A program made the position numbers and the translations under genes. From the NCBI RefSeq assembly GCF_006345805.1, contig NC_043006.1:52824001-52888000 (forward strand): a stretch of DNA of 64,000 bases. Reading direction: 5' to 3'. Positions within the stretch are counted from its first letter, which is position 1; the number at the start of each line of letters is the position of its first letter. Shown here one piece after another: positions 1-13,449 of this stretch. Source of the DNA: Octopus sinensis. Its lineage: Eukaryota. The notes under the pieces were generated by a model. The model saw only the letters and a program-made list of their open reading frames with translations, was not told the DNA's origin and searched no databases.

Positions 1-439
1 TAAGAATATTTATTCAGTTTATTTGTTCAGTAACTAATAATAAAAATACATGCCACTAAAACTTTCTCAGTCCATACACGATTCATTAGCTGAAAAATGT
101 ATATAAACAACCCTGTTGTACTGGGAGGAGCTCAAAATATGCTTTATGCTAATTGTTGCAAAGGAAAATAATTTTATGGCGCGACATCTAATATACTTCA
201 AGACAAATCCAATAACCGTTATCATAATTTACTTCTCATTCTATCTAATTTTCTGAATCTGTAAATGGAGCTTGGCAAATACCAGGTTGAATCAAAAGTT
301 TTCTCGGATTTTTACTGATGATTTTTGGCAACTTGTATCACCATGTTATGTTTTTAATTTGATACAGCTTGTTTTCCAATCGTTGCTGAATTGTTTATTA
401 TTTATTTTCATATATAACATATAAACATTGATTGTTTAT

Positions 440-1090
440 TTTTAATTTTACAACATTGATAACAAGTGGTAAAAAAAAAATAAATGTTATTTTACGCAAC
501 TTATGGAAAAAAAGAACTGAGTACAAGGACTGCAGCAAAAGAAAATAATGATTTGGACGGCTCAGGAAGTGTCAACGAACGTGCGTCACAAGACAAATCA
601 AGTTAAGGCAGACCTTCTGTTGGAGATGATGAGGCCTTACTTTAAATAGCCAAGCACAAGCACTCATACATTATCGGCAGAACTTGATCTTTCAAACAGT
701 ATCATCAATCGACACCTCTATAAGCTTGGCCTTATGAATAGAAGTTGTTGAGAACTGACAATGACCAGACTCAATGACGCATGAACATTTGCAAATAGCT
801 GCTGGTAAATCCTCGAGATTCCCGTTTTGAGGGTGATAATGTAACTGGGGAGGTAAATTGGATCTATTTTCGTAATTCTTAGTGCACACCAATAATACCA
901 GCATAGTTATTTTAGCAATGCACTCTAATGAGAGGCACAATTTGTAAAAGGTTACCAACTAACAAAAGTCCAATCCTGTCTTGCTCTGAACGCCTATTTT
1001 GGTAGGATGCGGTAATAAAATGTTGTATGTAATGCTGCAAAGGGAAATTATCAGCGACTTTAAAGTATTCACGAGTATGTTCATCAAGCT
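440..1090 (+). mobile_element. Degenerate mariner-family transposase remnant
   Basis: 607-636 translates GRPSVGDDEA (GRP helix-turn-helix motif); about 841-873 translates VTGEVNWIYFR (cf. VTGDEKW, first catalytic block). Stops and frameshifts throughout; no TIRs seen. Confidence 0.7.
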
Positions 1091-2459
1091 TTTAGTGAGT
1101 CATTCCAAGTGTCTTTCCTTGATATGTATAGTCAGTGTCATTTAAAGTACAACAAAGTCGAAGTGTATGGGTCAGAGAAAAGGCTACTAGTCCATGTTTC
1201 AATACTACAATCTGGGGAAAAGTTTTGAGAAAATGATGAGTTCATAGCCAGACAAGGTTTCCATTTTAGAGACTTTCAAAGACTGTTGGTTTACAATATT
1301 GCTTTCGACGAAGTTTTTAACAGTGAGTAGCCACGCTGTAAGATGCGAGAGAGCAAGTCTCCAATAGATTTGGCTCTATGGTTGCTAAGGAGGAAGTGAG
1401 TGATGGGTTCATTTATTGTATATAATTTGGTGTCATTTCTTATGACTTGTATATGGTTGTTTACGGCATGTTGTTACTTGTGCTCCTTTTGATATTGGGC
1501 ACACCGTGACACTAGCAGATTGAGCCCTTTTCTGTTCACAAGTCGTGAATCTATTAGTCATAAAATCAACTGATTGAAATTATTACAAATGAAACATATA
1601 ACCTGAAATACTGAGTGTGCATGTTAACATCTTTGTGTATTATGAGTTGCATCAGGAAAATATATTTTATTTCTGCTGATGATAAATTGTTCAGCTTTTA
1701 CTAGTTGAGAGAAAAAAATACATAAAGAAATTGACTCAAATTCTGCCCATATTATAAAACCCATGTTCAGAACAAGAATAATAAGTTATGAATTCAAGAA
1801 CTACACCAAGATTTCAGCAGCAAGGAATACTCATAATATAAATTTAAATAGAAAATGCCCTGCTGCTATATTAAGAATTTTTTCTTTAAACTTGCTATGT
1901 GATCAAATATCATTTTTGTCGGATTTCTTAAGGATCTTAAAGTGAGAGGAAATGACAGATGTTTTTCAAAGGGGTCTGATATATTTTCGCTTGTGCATGT
2001 ACCCGCAACTAATGTTCTGACTTCTAAAGCAGAAAAACTAATAATATTCTTGTAAATAACGAAGTCTTTCACGGAAAGGGGAAATGGTAGGATTAATGAA
2101 CGTCTATAGAATTAACTTTTTTTCCCTCGTTTTCTCACATTTATAACAGATGTCCGTTCCATTTGACCTTAACATAATTTTCATCGTTCCACATAAATTC
2201 AAACACGCGATCGTAGTTCTGATAATGATTTTCTTCCATTTCTGCTGCACTCAAACTGATTATCGTTAAATTCCAGATAAAATTTTTCAAAGATTTTTTT
2301 AAAATACTATACAGAAATGTGATAAGCTGAGGAGTACTGGAATGCTTAATCAAAAAGATGAGAGACATGTCTCATGCTTTCAATTCTATATTGAAATAAA
2401 ACTATTTTAGCCAATTAAATGGAAATAAAACATTTATAAAAATTATGAAATTACTGTAT

Positions 2460-4150
2460 GGAAAAGGAAAATATATCTACGTTTCGGGCATAGATACTTT
2501 CTCAAAATAGGCGCCTGAGATAAAATTAAAGAAAAATAAGTTCGGTAAGTCCAAGTTTTATTATTTACAAATTTATAGACTCAGTGACAGAAACAATTGA
2601 ATAGGTGAGTGTGTGTTTTCCGTGTGGGTGGGAATAAAGAGGGATGGTGAGCCGAAATGTCGGTCATGTGCAAAAAAGAAAAAAAAAAGAAAGAGAAAGA
2701 AAAGTAAGGAATGAAGAGTTAGTCTATGTATTGGTCATTGTTTATTCGGCACAACGTAAAGTGTGAATGAAAATAACAAGCGGTGTCAGAAACTGTGCTT
2801 TATGTATTAGATACGTAAAAGGAAATCGAAAGAGATTATAGAAAAAATAATTGGTTATTGATTCCAGAGAAATAAAAAATTTAATAAAGCATTTAATAAC
2901 TATTAATATCATTACTAAAAGTACATGTGAAACATTCCATGACATTCAAGGTGGATTTTGGAAAGTGCAATGTTGGGCTGTTCTAAAAAGAAGGACAGAT
3001 ATTAAAACGGGAGCGGCAGCAGGCGGACATCCCAGGATTTGGCACGACATGAAGAAACTGCTTATCAGGAAATTACGTAGATTACGATCATATCTATAGA
3101 AGGTATGTGGAGATAAGAGAAGTGGCCAGGCTGAAAAGACAGAAACTGTGGAGAATAGTGCGTTAGAAAGATTGTGTGGTGGGTAGAAAGTGTTGTTAAG
3201 AAAAGGGATACAGATTTTGGGATGGACGTACTGAGGTGCACTCAGTAGCTAGGACTCACTGATTGACTACGTTTTCTGCATAGCCATACAATAGAGAAGT
3301 GGAGTGTTTGATGAGATTTGCCTCATATTTAGACTCTTAATTGCAAGAGCATTGTGAATGGAGTGATTGTGAATAGGTGGTAAGTTATTTAGTGTGAGCA
3401 GAGTGAGAGAAGGAAAAGTTTTAATATGATTGGATGTTTGCGGGTTAGTATATAAGACAGATGTGAGGATGTTTCGGTATTCAATAGAAACGGACGCATG
3501 TAAGAAATATATTCCCCCCCAAAAAAAAAGACAGAGAGAGTTAATGAAGATAAAACAAGTTAGTTACGCATGGATAAGAGAGGTGCTGTTGATGCGGTCG
3601 TCGATACAACGATTGTGTAACTCTGGGTTGGGGTGTAGCAAGGGTTCATCCTAATATCCCTAATTAGAATAACTCACCGGCAGAAAAAAAACATTTGAAG
3701 ATGAGAACAAGTTGGACAAGGCGATGTTGGATCCGAGTGCTGTGTGACAACCCAGAACGAATATAAGGGCTAGAAGACCAATATCATAAGGGATGATTGT
3801 ATAGATGGACCTAACATCCAAGGTGAAGTAAAGTTAGGTGGGGTGGAGTGGGAAAAGTAACTGAAGAGTTGAAGGTCGTTTTTGGATCATTGATATAAGA
3901 TGGGGGAATCTATTATCAAAGTTATTTGACAGGCGAGGATAATGAGCGGTTGAAATTGATGGGTTTACGGATTTTAGTGAGAAAATTGTCAGAGATCATG
4001 GTGGGAGAGGTCATGGTATGCAAATGATGACATTGGTGGTCGTTAAAAAAAAAGAAGATAGGAAGAAATGCGTCGGAATGTGTTGATAGCCACATGTTAG
4101 TTATTAGGGTGAGGTAGAAAAAAGGTAGAAAAAAAGGAGCTTCAGAGTTG
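2460..4150 (-). mobile_element. Penelope-like retroelement remnant (RT plus start of GIY-YIG region)
   Basis: Minus-strand motifs in expected order: LTKIRKP (cf. LPKIHKP), YFTLDVRSIYTIIP at about 3785-3830 (cf. FTMDxxSLYTxIP), RCIDD at about 3600 (cf. RYIDD), YRYDRNLRNFLI at about 3065-3100, FTCT. Many stops. Confidence 0.75.
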
Positions 4151-4199
4151 CCAGAGCAACTCTGTCCCTGTAGACCGGTTTCACAATAACTCGGTTGCT

Positions 4200-4950
4200 T
4201 TCCATCGCTTCGATCTCCTTTTGCGGTTGATATCTCTTTCTCTTAGAGGCTGTTGCACTCTACCAGCATCACTGCTACTGCAACGTCCTTATCAAATAGA
4301 CCGACAACGAGGGTGCTGCTGTGGCGAGGCGACCTAGCCTATACAGAGCCGAAGCACTCTAGCATCTGACAACATTCTGGTCTACCACAAGTTACTTAGC
4401 AACGTTAACAACACCGATTTGTTTCTAGATAATCAAATGTACAGCGTGTTAATCGCCCCCACTCTGAAGTTACTTGTTCATTATATAGGTTGTATCAGCA
4501 ACAGCACAATTGCCCGTGAGCATTTCACCTCTTTCATATTCTTCGCTAACTCCTTCTATCCTGCTTTTGAATTAACATCCTCTGTTTTTGAAATCAACTG
4601 CTGGAACATCTATGTTTCCATTGAGCACCTCACATCCCCGCACCTATATTTTACAAAGCCAGCAAATCCCACTTGAACTACGATCGATTTCTTATTCTAC
4701 CATCCTTCTCATCAGCGATCTGTTTTCATAATTTCTGCGTTTCTGCTGCTTTTAATCTGCTGTCGTAATCGCCTACGCTCAAACCACCTTCCTTCTCTCT
4801 ACGTTTATTCGCCTACCTTCCCATTCCCAAGCGCTATCTTTCAAAATTTCCGATTTCTTTTCCAATCTAACCAAGAGACTCCCTTTCATCTTTCAACCTT
4901 GTGCCCCATTCTCCTCTTAAGAGTAATCGTAACCTACACTATCATGTCAC
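4200..4950 (+). mobile_element. Second Penelope-like RT remnant, opposite orientation, internally deleted
   Basis: Degenerate DKGGAVVVW-like segment near 4295-4330; ORF 4419-4676 contains NIYVSIEHLTSPHLYFTKP, resembling the PLE FLDISVSI..TSVxYKPTD block. Confidence 0.6.
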
Positions 4951-5029
4951 ATCTAACTTGGAACAGTCACCTGTTTTCCACTTCCATAGTAATACTTGAC
5001 ATGTTTTTGTTGTTTTTTTTTTATTAGAG

Positions 5030-5300
5030 AGCCCCAAACAAGACGAGAAGGGTTTGTGAAGAAGAAATTAAGACGAAAGGAATTAATTTACTTTACATTT
5101 GAAAGAGATAAGGCCATAAGAAGAGGGTAACAACGATTTGGAAGAGAGTTCAAAATATATGATCTATAAGAATTAACTTGAATTCAGCGCAAGCTGAATT
5201 CCAAAACATTAAGACCCAGTCGGTCACCATTTCCTGGATTTCAACGCTTAGGGCTGTTAAGCTCAAAGTTGAGACATGAGGATTAAGCATTTTATGTCGT
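5030..5300 (-). mobile_element. Possible 3' end of a CR1/L2-type LINE
   Basis: Minus strand near 5150 reads NSLPNRCYP, similar to the WNSLP motif closing CR1/L2 ORF2; otherwise degenerate. Confidence 0.3.
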
Positions 5301-5921
5301 TAAAATTATGGATCATATTTCATCATGTGCAACTTAATGGATAGCTTTATCTATTTAGCGTTTGATGCTTCAGATTTTACAATGAAGCAAAGCTACGCTG
5401 ACGGAATATGCTTGCTTCTAGACTGAACGTCAAGTCATGACCATTAGAGTAGCATTGCAATAATGTTAAACGTTATTATTTGATACAAGCTAGCTATTTT
5501 TAATCTCTTCAGAGACAAGTTTGCTGTCTAACTGCTTCATGTCACATCAGTAATCATTCATCAACTCAAGCGTATTATAGATTTAGGTTATGTTTCCTGC
5601 TATGTTCCTTAACTATGGTAAACTTTAACTACACACGTTCACATATTACTATACAGATAATGCCGTCTATCACTACTTCTCAGCTTGTACAATGTAATCG
5701 TACACATACTCTGAATAAAAGATGCAAAGATCAAGACGCAACAATTTAAACTATATAATGGTACAAACTTTGATTAATAACTATATGGTGGATATATCAA
5801 AGGAAAAAAATATAGATGCTATCAAAGTTAATAATTCATACACTCACACAAGCTCAATCACACACACGCACACACGCAAGCAAACACCCATTGTATATAT
5901 ATATTTATTGACTATATATAT

Positions 5922-6320
5922 ATATATATATCATCATGGCTCGGCTTCGCAAACGAAGATCAAGAAGGCAGTCTACGTCGGATGCATGCACGCTCATGAC
6001 TGACAAGTCCGATATGGGAAAGGCAGGTCCGTGAGCAGTGGCCACAGACGAAGGTAACATCCAGTGTGGTGTCAGAAGCGGCTTGCGCCTTACTCCTATG
6101 TCTCTTGTCTTTAAGCGCATCTCTTCTGTGTTCCTCAAACTCGCTGACTGCGTTGAAGATCGTGTGGCGCCAGACATCACGGTCTGCAGCCAGGTCTGAC
6201 CAGCATTGGTGGTCAATATGACATGCTGTTAGAGACTTCTTGTGGAAGTCTTTGTAGCGCTTCCTCGGAGCTCCTCTCACACGGTGGCCGGTGGAGAGTT
6301 CGCTAAACAGGGCAATCTTA
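5922..6320 (-). mobile_element. 5'-truncated RTE-clade LINE with 16-bp target-site duplication
   Basis: ORF 5960-6376 contains LFSELSTGHRVRGAPRKRYKD..WSDLAADRDVWR..CGHCSRTCLSHIGLVSHERAC, a typical RTE ORF2 C-terminus. TATTGACTATATATAT is repeated at 5906-5921 and 6321-6336; TGATGA/(TA)n tail. Confidence 0.9.
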
Positions 6321-6336
6321 TATTGACTATATATAT

Positions 6337-6453
6337 GCGTGTGTATATGTATCAATATGCATACACGCATGCACATAGAATACCAGCGCGTACAAACAAA
6401 TATGCATATACGTGTGTATGTGTGTGCGTGCGTGTGTGCGTGTGTGTGCGTGT

Positions 6454-6509
<56 letters not shown>

Positions 6510-6897
6510 GCGTGTGTGTGTCTGCCTGCTCAGCCTAGAGAAACATGAAAACGAGTCATGAGTCACTTTCAAATTTTAGTTGGCACAAATGAGGAATTGC
6601 ATCAATAGTTTATGATTTGTTTCTCTCTTATTTTTTTACTTACATTCTATTTCTACTATTTTCATTACTCTCTATTCCTGTTGATATTGGCATATTCTGT
6701 ATCAGTCTCTTCCCCATTCTCTCACCTTCCTTCACTACCCACTCCTGTCTCTCCCTCAATCTTTCTTTCTCTCTCTCTCTCCTTATCTAACTCTCTCTTT
6801 TTCCCACCTACCATTTCCGCAACTCATTTTTTTTAAAATACATACAAATAAATGCACGAACGTGTATGTATGCGTGCGTACGTGTGTGGAGAGACGC

Positions 6898-6958
<61 letters not shown>

Positions 6959-7050
6959 GGATGTGTGTGTGTATATATATACATACATATATACATAGGC
7001 GTCTTTTATAGATAGATAGACAGACAGACAGATAGACAGTTATAGATAGA

Positions 7051-7093
<43 letters not shown>

Positions 7094-7155
7094 GCAGGCA
7101 GGCAGGTAGGCAGGCAGACAGACAGACAGACAGACAGATTGATAGATAGACAGAC

Positions 7156-7192
<37 letters not shown>

Positions 7193-8196
7193 TACATCTA
7201 ACTTTCTAGTTAGCTACTTACCTTTAGGTATATATTTGTGTGTGTATGTATGTATGCATGCATGTATGTATGTATGTATACTTTTATTGTTTCACTTGCA
7301 CATTGTAATTTGTAATGTGCACTTTAGTTCGTTGATACATATGTATTTATGTATGCATTTTCAAAGGGCCAGCTGAATCTCCCTGAAAACTACGTTGAAG
7401 ATAGACGTGTCTGTGGAATGCTCAGTCACTTGCACGTTAATTTCAAGAGCAGGCTATTCCGTTGATAGCATTAACTAAAAACCCTCGTCGTCGTAAACGA
7501 CGGAGTGTCAGCTATGTATGTATGTATGTATGTATGTATGTATGTATGTATGTATGTATGTATGTATGTATGTATGTATGTATGTATGTATGTATGTACG
7601 TACGTATGTATATATATATGTATGTACGTATGTATATATGTATGTATGTATGTATGTAAGTATGTATGTATGTATATTCAGTCGCTGACCTCTTTTACTG
7701 TACGCTAAAATATCAAAATATATACATAGACAAGGCGTTTACATTTGTCTATACATAGAAAGTTCGGCTGTGTTCTATAATACAGTATAAACCGAAAAAC
7801 ATACACACTCATATATATGTGAGGAGAAAGTTCGCGTGTGCGTGCGTGTTTGTATATTTCTCTCTCCTTTATCATACACATCCAAACACATACACACACA
7901 CACAAACACATATATGCATGTATGTGTTATATATATATATATATGCATTGTATAAATGATCGTTTTGATGAATCCGAATCTAATTGTATTTGCTCCCGTT
8001 AATTAGAATAATATATAAATTATCATATCCTTCTGCAGTACTTTTCTCTTTATAAACCCTTTTGGCAAATACAGATATGATTATAGCTAATATTAATATA
8101 ATTATTCTGCTTTCCGTTCTTGTAGTTGTCGTTAATTATTCATTTTTATTGCTGTCGTTGATGTTGTTATTCAGTAGTCTTATTTTTATCATGTGC

Positions 8197-8251
<55 letters not shown>

Positions 8252-8297
8252 ATTATTATCATCATCATCATCATCATCATCATTATTATCATTATTA

Positions 8298-8356
<59 letters not shown>

Positions 8357-8385
8357 GTTATTGTTATTGTTATTGTTATTGCCTG
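6337..8385. repeat. Microsatellite field: (TG)n, (TA)n, (GATA/GACA)n, (TATG)n, (TAT/CAT)n
   Basis: Directly visible tracts at about 6400-6520, 6895-6990, 7010-7190, 7515-7675 and 8195-8380. Confidence 0.97.
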
Positions 8386-10049
8386 AATTCCAACAAAAAT
8401 AAGCTTATGCTTTTTCTGGTTCTAGAGTTTAGGTTGTGTTTATGGTTCAAATGAGTATTTTGCTATTTTGGGATTAATTTAAACTATTTCAAACAGGGGT
8501 TGGAATTTTTTATGTTTTCTGACCCGCTTGGGGTGGAATAAGTTCTATTTCCTTTACTTCAGTGTTTTGAAAATATCTCGTAAGAATTTTTTTTTAATTT
8601 TCAAAGCATAACGCTATCAATGTGCTAGCGGCAAGAGCATCTCTCAATGATGTCTGTTGCTTTATAAATATAGGACAATCTAAAGAAAACTCACTTGCAT
8701 CACAAACAGAAAATCTATTTTTAAAATGAAGATTTCAGTTTGAAAGACATTTATTATGACACCACTAACATTACGAGCAATAACAATGACACTGACATTG
8801 GTAAATTGGCAAACATCGATATTACTAATGGCAACAATAACAGTACATCAGGAGCAATGTCACAGATGTGTGGAAACCAGAAACAGCACCATCCTTTCCC
8901 GCTGCAGATGAGGCTTGGGATCTAACCAAGTTCCAGAAAAAATATGAACAATGGGCAATGTATGTAACGTAAACCAGTGCTTCTTTACCCGAGGATCTCG
9001 TTGAGGAAAGGTCAATGAGAACAGTGAAATATCACCGAATCTCCTTACAGAATAGTCGGGTATATCAGATATCACTGAAAGGAGACTTCCAAAGTGTCTT
9101 GGTGCTGATAGACTTGTAACAGGAACCCTGTTACGTTATGAACAGAGAAGAAGGCTGAAAGACGGCACTCACACCACATACATAGACATATAGTTTGGTA
9201 CATCAATATTTGTGAAATAAAAACGAGATAATCACGATAAAGCATATGGGAAAAGAAGTCGACAAATGGTTGATCAAAACTTATGTGAAGCAGTGGGGAG
9301 ATTCTACAGAAAGAAATTACCCTTAAAATTATTAGTCGCGGATAGATGGTACTTCAAATTCTAATGACCCACGAGGATCATAATGCCATACCGAAAATAC
9401 ATCTCACCAGAGATTTTATCGTTAAATCGGTCACGTTGATTATGCAGAACAGAAAATCCTAGTACGACATATGTAATATCAAAAGTCAGAAAAATATCAA
9501 AAGTGAATGAAGTAACCAATAGAAGACATCCGTATTTCTGAAGCGAGAACCCTATAGAACACAGAGAAAATCTGCTCCCATTATTCTGCTGCTGCTGTTG
9601 CTGATACTTCTAAAAGTAGCATCGATCTCTTGTCTGAAGATGGCCAAGAAAAGATCTCAACTTTCTTTTTCATTATCCACAAATCACCGGTGGGAAAGCC
9701 AGTAGTAGTAGAACGATCTTGCCCCATCTAGCTAAAGGTCGTTGATCAGAGGTCGTAGGCGACTCTTCCAACTTACCATCTTGAGACGACGAGGAGAAAT
9801 TATATCACGAGGACAAGTTGAAACGAACTGAAACTAAGACGGAAGTTGTATCCAAAAGGAATCGACTAAATTTAAAGACTAAGTAGTTTAAAAGCCTATA
9901 ACTTTTGTTTTTATCTCACCTACATAAAGAAGATGAAATTGATAAAACAAACAAGGAAGGTAATAAAAAATAATACTATGATAGAAGTTCAATACAAACC
10001 AGCAGACTATTTATTATGACAATGGCTGCAGTCTACCGTCAAACAGCAA

Positions 10050-11500
10050 TTTTTCCCACAAGATGTGTAAGAGTTCGCTGTTAAACCAAAGCCTGCAAAT
10101 TGTATGTTTGTGTTCGGTAGTGCAAAAGAAAATACAAACACCGCGTAAGTACCCTCTTTTGATTCTCATCAACTACAACTAGAAGATTGGAGGTATTAAT
10201 ATCTTTGACGTCGAGAATTGTTTGGAAACACGACCAGTTGCTCAATGATAGGTATACTGATTGAGATGTGATGGCCGCAAGTGGGACAAGGGTTCCCGTC
10301 ACTGAAATTGACGTGCGCACCTTCTTTTAAGCGGTTCGGGTCTTGTAAGGTGTTTTTTTCTCAATTACGAAAGACCTAGCTCTCGAGACAAGGGCAATCT
10401 TTCACAGCCCAGACGGCACTTCGTGGTCCTAGATTGGAAACATTCAATGAGACACATTGAGGATTTTACTCACCAATTTTATCTCAAAGAGGTCCATAGT
10501 AATTAGTAGGAAACTATGAGAATTTCCACTTTTGTAAGCATGATGTTTTGCTACTTAGGCAAGAAGCAGGCAAGGGAAAATTTATATGAATTTTCAAAGT
10601 CTGCTTAAAAGAAATTTAAAGAGTTTGGCAAAGGTTCTCGTTCAGAAGTTGTAAATAGTGCCGCACAAACTTGTGTGATCCACGTAGATTATATTATATA
10701 TTGCAGAAGCATGAGATCTACATCCAGCTTTGGAAGGTGTGTGCTGATTAACTTGAATCAAAGTTTTCGACAGGGTCCAGTAACGCTGCTGGCTATTGTA
10801 TGCAGCTCTAAAGATTTCTTCCACTATGTGTTCACTGGATTGTAGAATGGCATCAGCTTGATGGCCATTATTCGGAATCGTTTGGTGTAGGCCCGTCAAA
10901 GATGTCTTTCTACATCACTTGTACACATTTTGTCTCGAACTATTGCTGTAGAAGTTCAAGGAATATCCCGTTCAAACTGGCAGGCAGAAATGCCAGGTTG
11001 TATCTGGTCACTCGGAGTGTCTTTTTAGCTTCTTTCTTGTTGAAGATCAAGCGAAAGCCAGAATTGGGTATCTGACATGTGGAATGTTGTCAGGTGTTCA
11101 CAGCTCTCTGGCAGAAAGGGCAATGTGGTTAGTGTTAGGATTTAGGATAGGTATGAGCAACGATGTTCTCGAGAAGAACCTGCATGTTGAAAAAGACCAG
11201 CTACACATTCCGCAGAACTTTCGGGCAACTTCCAAAAAATGGACAACTTCTAGAAAATGCAGCATTGGTAAGGAGATGCGTTGCACAGAATTTATTGCGT
11301 GTAGAGTGCGTCTGAATTCGACTGAATCTCTTAAAACAAAAACTTTGCCAGACTGGAGCATGCGGTTTACGTCTGTGGCGTGGCAATTGCTGATCTTGTA
11401 TGATGGACACGTTTACGAGAGCTGAAGGTAGACTTCAATCTCCCCGAGCAACTCTTACAAATTCAATTGGAACGAGGGTCAGAGTAGAGCGGAATGTGGT
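10050..11500 (-). mobile_element. Degenerate Ty3/gypsy pol remnant (RT to integrase)
   Basis: Minus strand: GD.....ALN (cf. GDWRPCGDYRALN) near 11420-11450; GSCPKVLRNV (cf. RMPFGLRNA) near 11205-11230; GAHVNFSDGNPCPTCGH (cf. FxHVHIDxVGPLP) near 10280-10325. Order RT then integrase fits gypsy; no LTRs identified. Confidence 0.65.
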
Positions 11501-12304
11501 AAATTTGATGAAAGGCAGATACAAGTGAGAAAACTGATACGTATTCGAAAGCAAGTCCATAAGTTCTGCCTAGAGATTATTTGTGTGAGGTCCCTGTAGT
11601 CAATAAACAACTGTAATTATTGTTGTTGTTATTGTTATTGTTATTGTTATTTTTGTTGTTGTTGTTGCTGTTAGTGGTGGTGGTGGTGGTGGTGGCGGTA
11701 GTAGCGTTTTTTGTTGCTGTTTTATGCTATTCTTAATCCGAATGCCATCTCAGTTTCTTAAACATATCATAGTGTTTAGAATATTTTCTTTTCTGTAATG
11801 AATGAAAATGTTCAGAAATTTAATCCTTGAAATTTAGCTGAGTCAACATAAAGCCGTAAGTTGTCCACATTAAGCTAATTTAAACAGCAGTGGCCGTCAC
11901 ACAAAGTTCAAGCTCACTCATCACGTGTCTGCTAGTCTCGTGCCTTACCAAGACATTTCGCTGCATGAATGTCTGCTAGAATTTCATTTGACTTCCGCAC
12001 GTGATCAAAATTCTGAAATTATTCACACTTGACATCCTGCAAAGTAAAATTTGGGTCAGTGTGGAAGTTATATACTTATTTCTTTTATAACTTTCTCTCC
12101 ACACATACACACTCTTTCACTTTCCACTCCCTCTTTCCATTCCCTTTCTTCCTCTCTCCACTCCCTCTCTCTTTCTCTCGCTCCAATCCCTTTTCCTTTC
12201 TCTCTCCACCCTCTCTTTTAGTCTTCCTTTACCTTTTCTCACTTCTTGGATTTCTATTCATTCTTCCTCTCTCACGCACTTGAGGTTTACTGGACGCATG
12301 TTTA

Positions 12305-12700
12305 AAGGCACGAGTATGACTGTGAGGTTAAGGAGCTTGCTTTGCAGCCACTTGGTTTCAGGTTCAGTCCCACTGTGCGGAACTATCGTCCAGAATAGCA
12401 TCGGGCCGACCGATGCCTTGTGAGTGAATCTGATAGACAAAAACTGTGTGGTAGCCCGTCGTACATATGTGTGTGTGTGTGTGTGTTTTTGCGTTTGTGC
12501 TTCTCCCACCATGTGACAACTGGTGCGGTGTTGGTTTGTTTATACCTTTGTAATCTAGCGGTTCATCAAAAGACCCCCATTGAATAAGTACCAAACTATA
12601 AAATAAAAAATATTGGGTTCGATTTGTTCGACTCAAACCCTGAAGGCGGTACTCCATCATAGTCGCTGTTCAATGGCTAAGCTAAGTAAAAGATAAAATC
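12305..12700 (+). mobile_element. tRNA-derived SINE family A, diverged copy
   Basis: B-box-like GGTTCAGTCCC head, internal (TG)n core and body colinear with better copies at 25703, 39632 and 48425. Confidence 0.75.
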
Positions 12701-12837
12701 AATAAATATACGATATGAAGTACCAAGTTGAGTTGCCATTTTACAGCCACCATGACAGTAAAATATGATAGAGTATTGAACAGTTGACGATACAAATATA
12801 ATAATATTATGTTGATATATTCTTTTATTCGTTTATC

Positions 12838-13217
12838 CTTTTATTTGTTTCAGTCATTTGACTGCGGCCATACTGGAGCATCAATTTAGTCGAACAAATC
12901 GACCCCAGGACTTATTCCTTGTAAGTCTAGTACTTATTCTATCGGTCTCTTTTGCTAAACCGCTAGGTTACGGGGACGTAAACACACCAACATCGTTTGT
13001 CAAGCGATGGTGGGGGACAAACACAGACATACAAGCATATATATATATATATATACATACGACGGGCTTCTTTCAGTTTCCGTCTACCAAATCTACTCAC
13101 AAGGCTTTGGTTAGCCCGGGGCTATAGCTGAAGACACTCACCCAAGGTGCCACGCAGTGGAATTGAACACGGAACCATGTGGTTGATAAACAAGTTAGTT
13201 ACCACATAGCCACTGCT
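12838..13217 (-). mobile_element. tRNA-derived SINE family A
   Basis: Colinear with other family A copies: head, (TA)n core, 3' tail CAGTCAAATGACTGAAAC. Confidence 0.9.
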
Positions 13218-13239
13218 ATAGATGACAAAATCTTATTGA

Positions 13240-13420
13240 AATGAATGTTTGTGATCTTATATTGATGACATAATATCGATATTATAGTGTTGGTGATACA
13301 ATGTAAATATAATGTTGATCGGATGATATTTATGTTGTGATGTTGATATAATGCTTATGATATAATGCGGATGATATATTGATGGTATAATGTTAATGAT
13401 ATTCATGATACAGGGTAAAC
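13240..13420. repeat. Degenerate GAT/ATAATG-rich low-complexity minisatellite
   Basis: Recurrent gatataatg / gatgatat units. Confidence 0.6.
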
Positions 13421-13449
13421 CGCCCTTCTGATTTCCCACCTTTTATCTA

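Noticed and set aside
1740-2370. Short ORFs including EENHYQNYDRVFEFMWNDENYVKVKW
   Set aside because: Protein-like composition but no recognisable family or exon boundaries; a TBLASTX search would be needed.
8960-9560. Possible plus-strand gypsy integrase remnant (DNGT-like word near 9345)
   Set aside because: Only one frameshifted motif; too weak to call.
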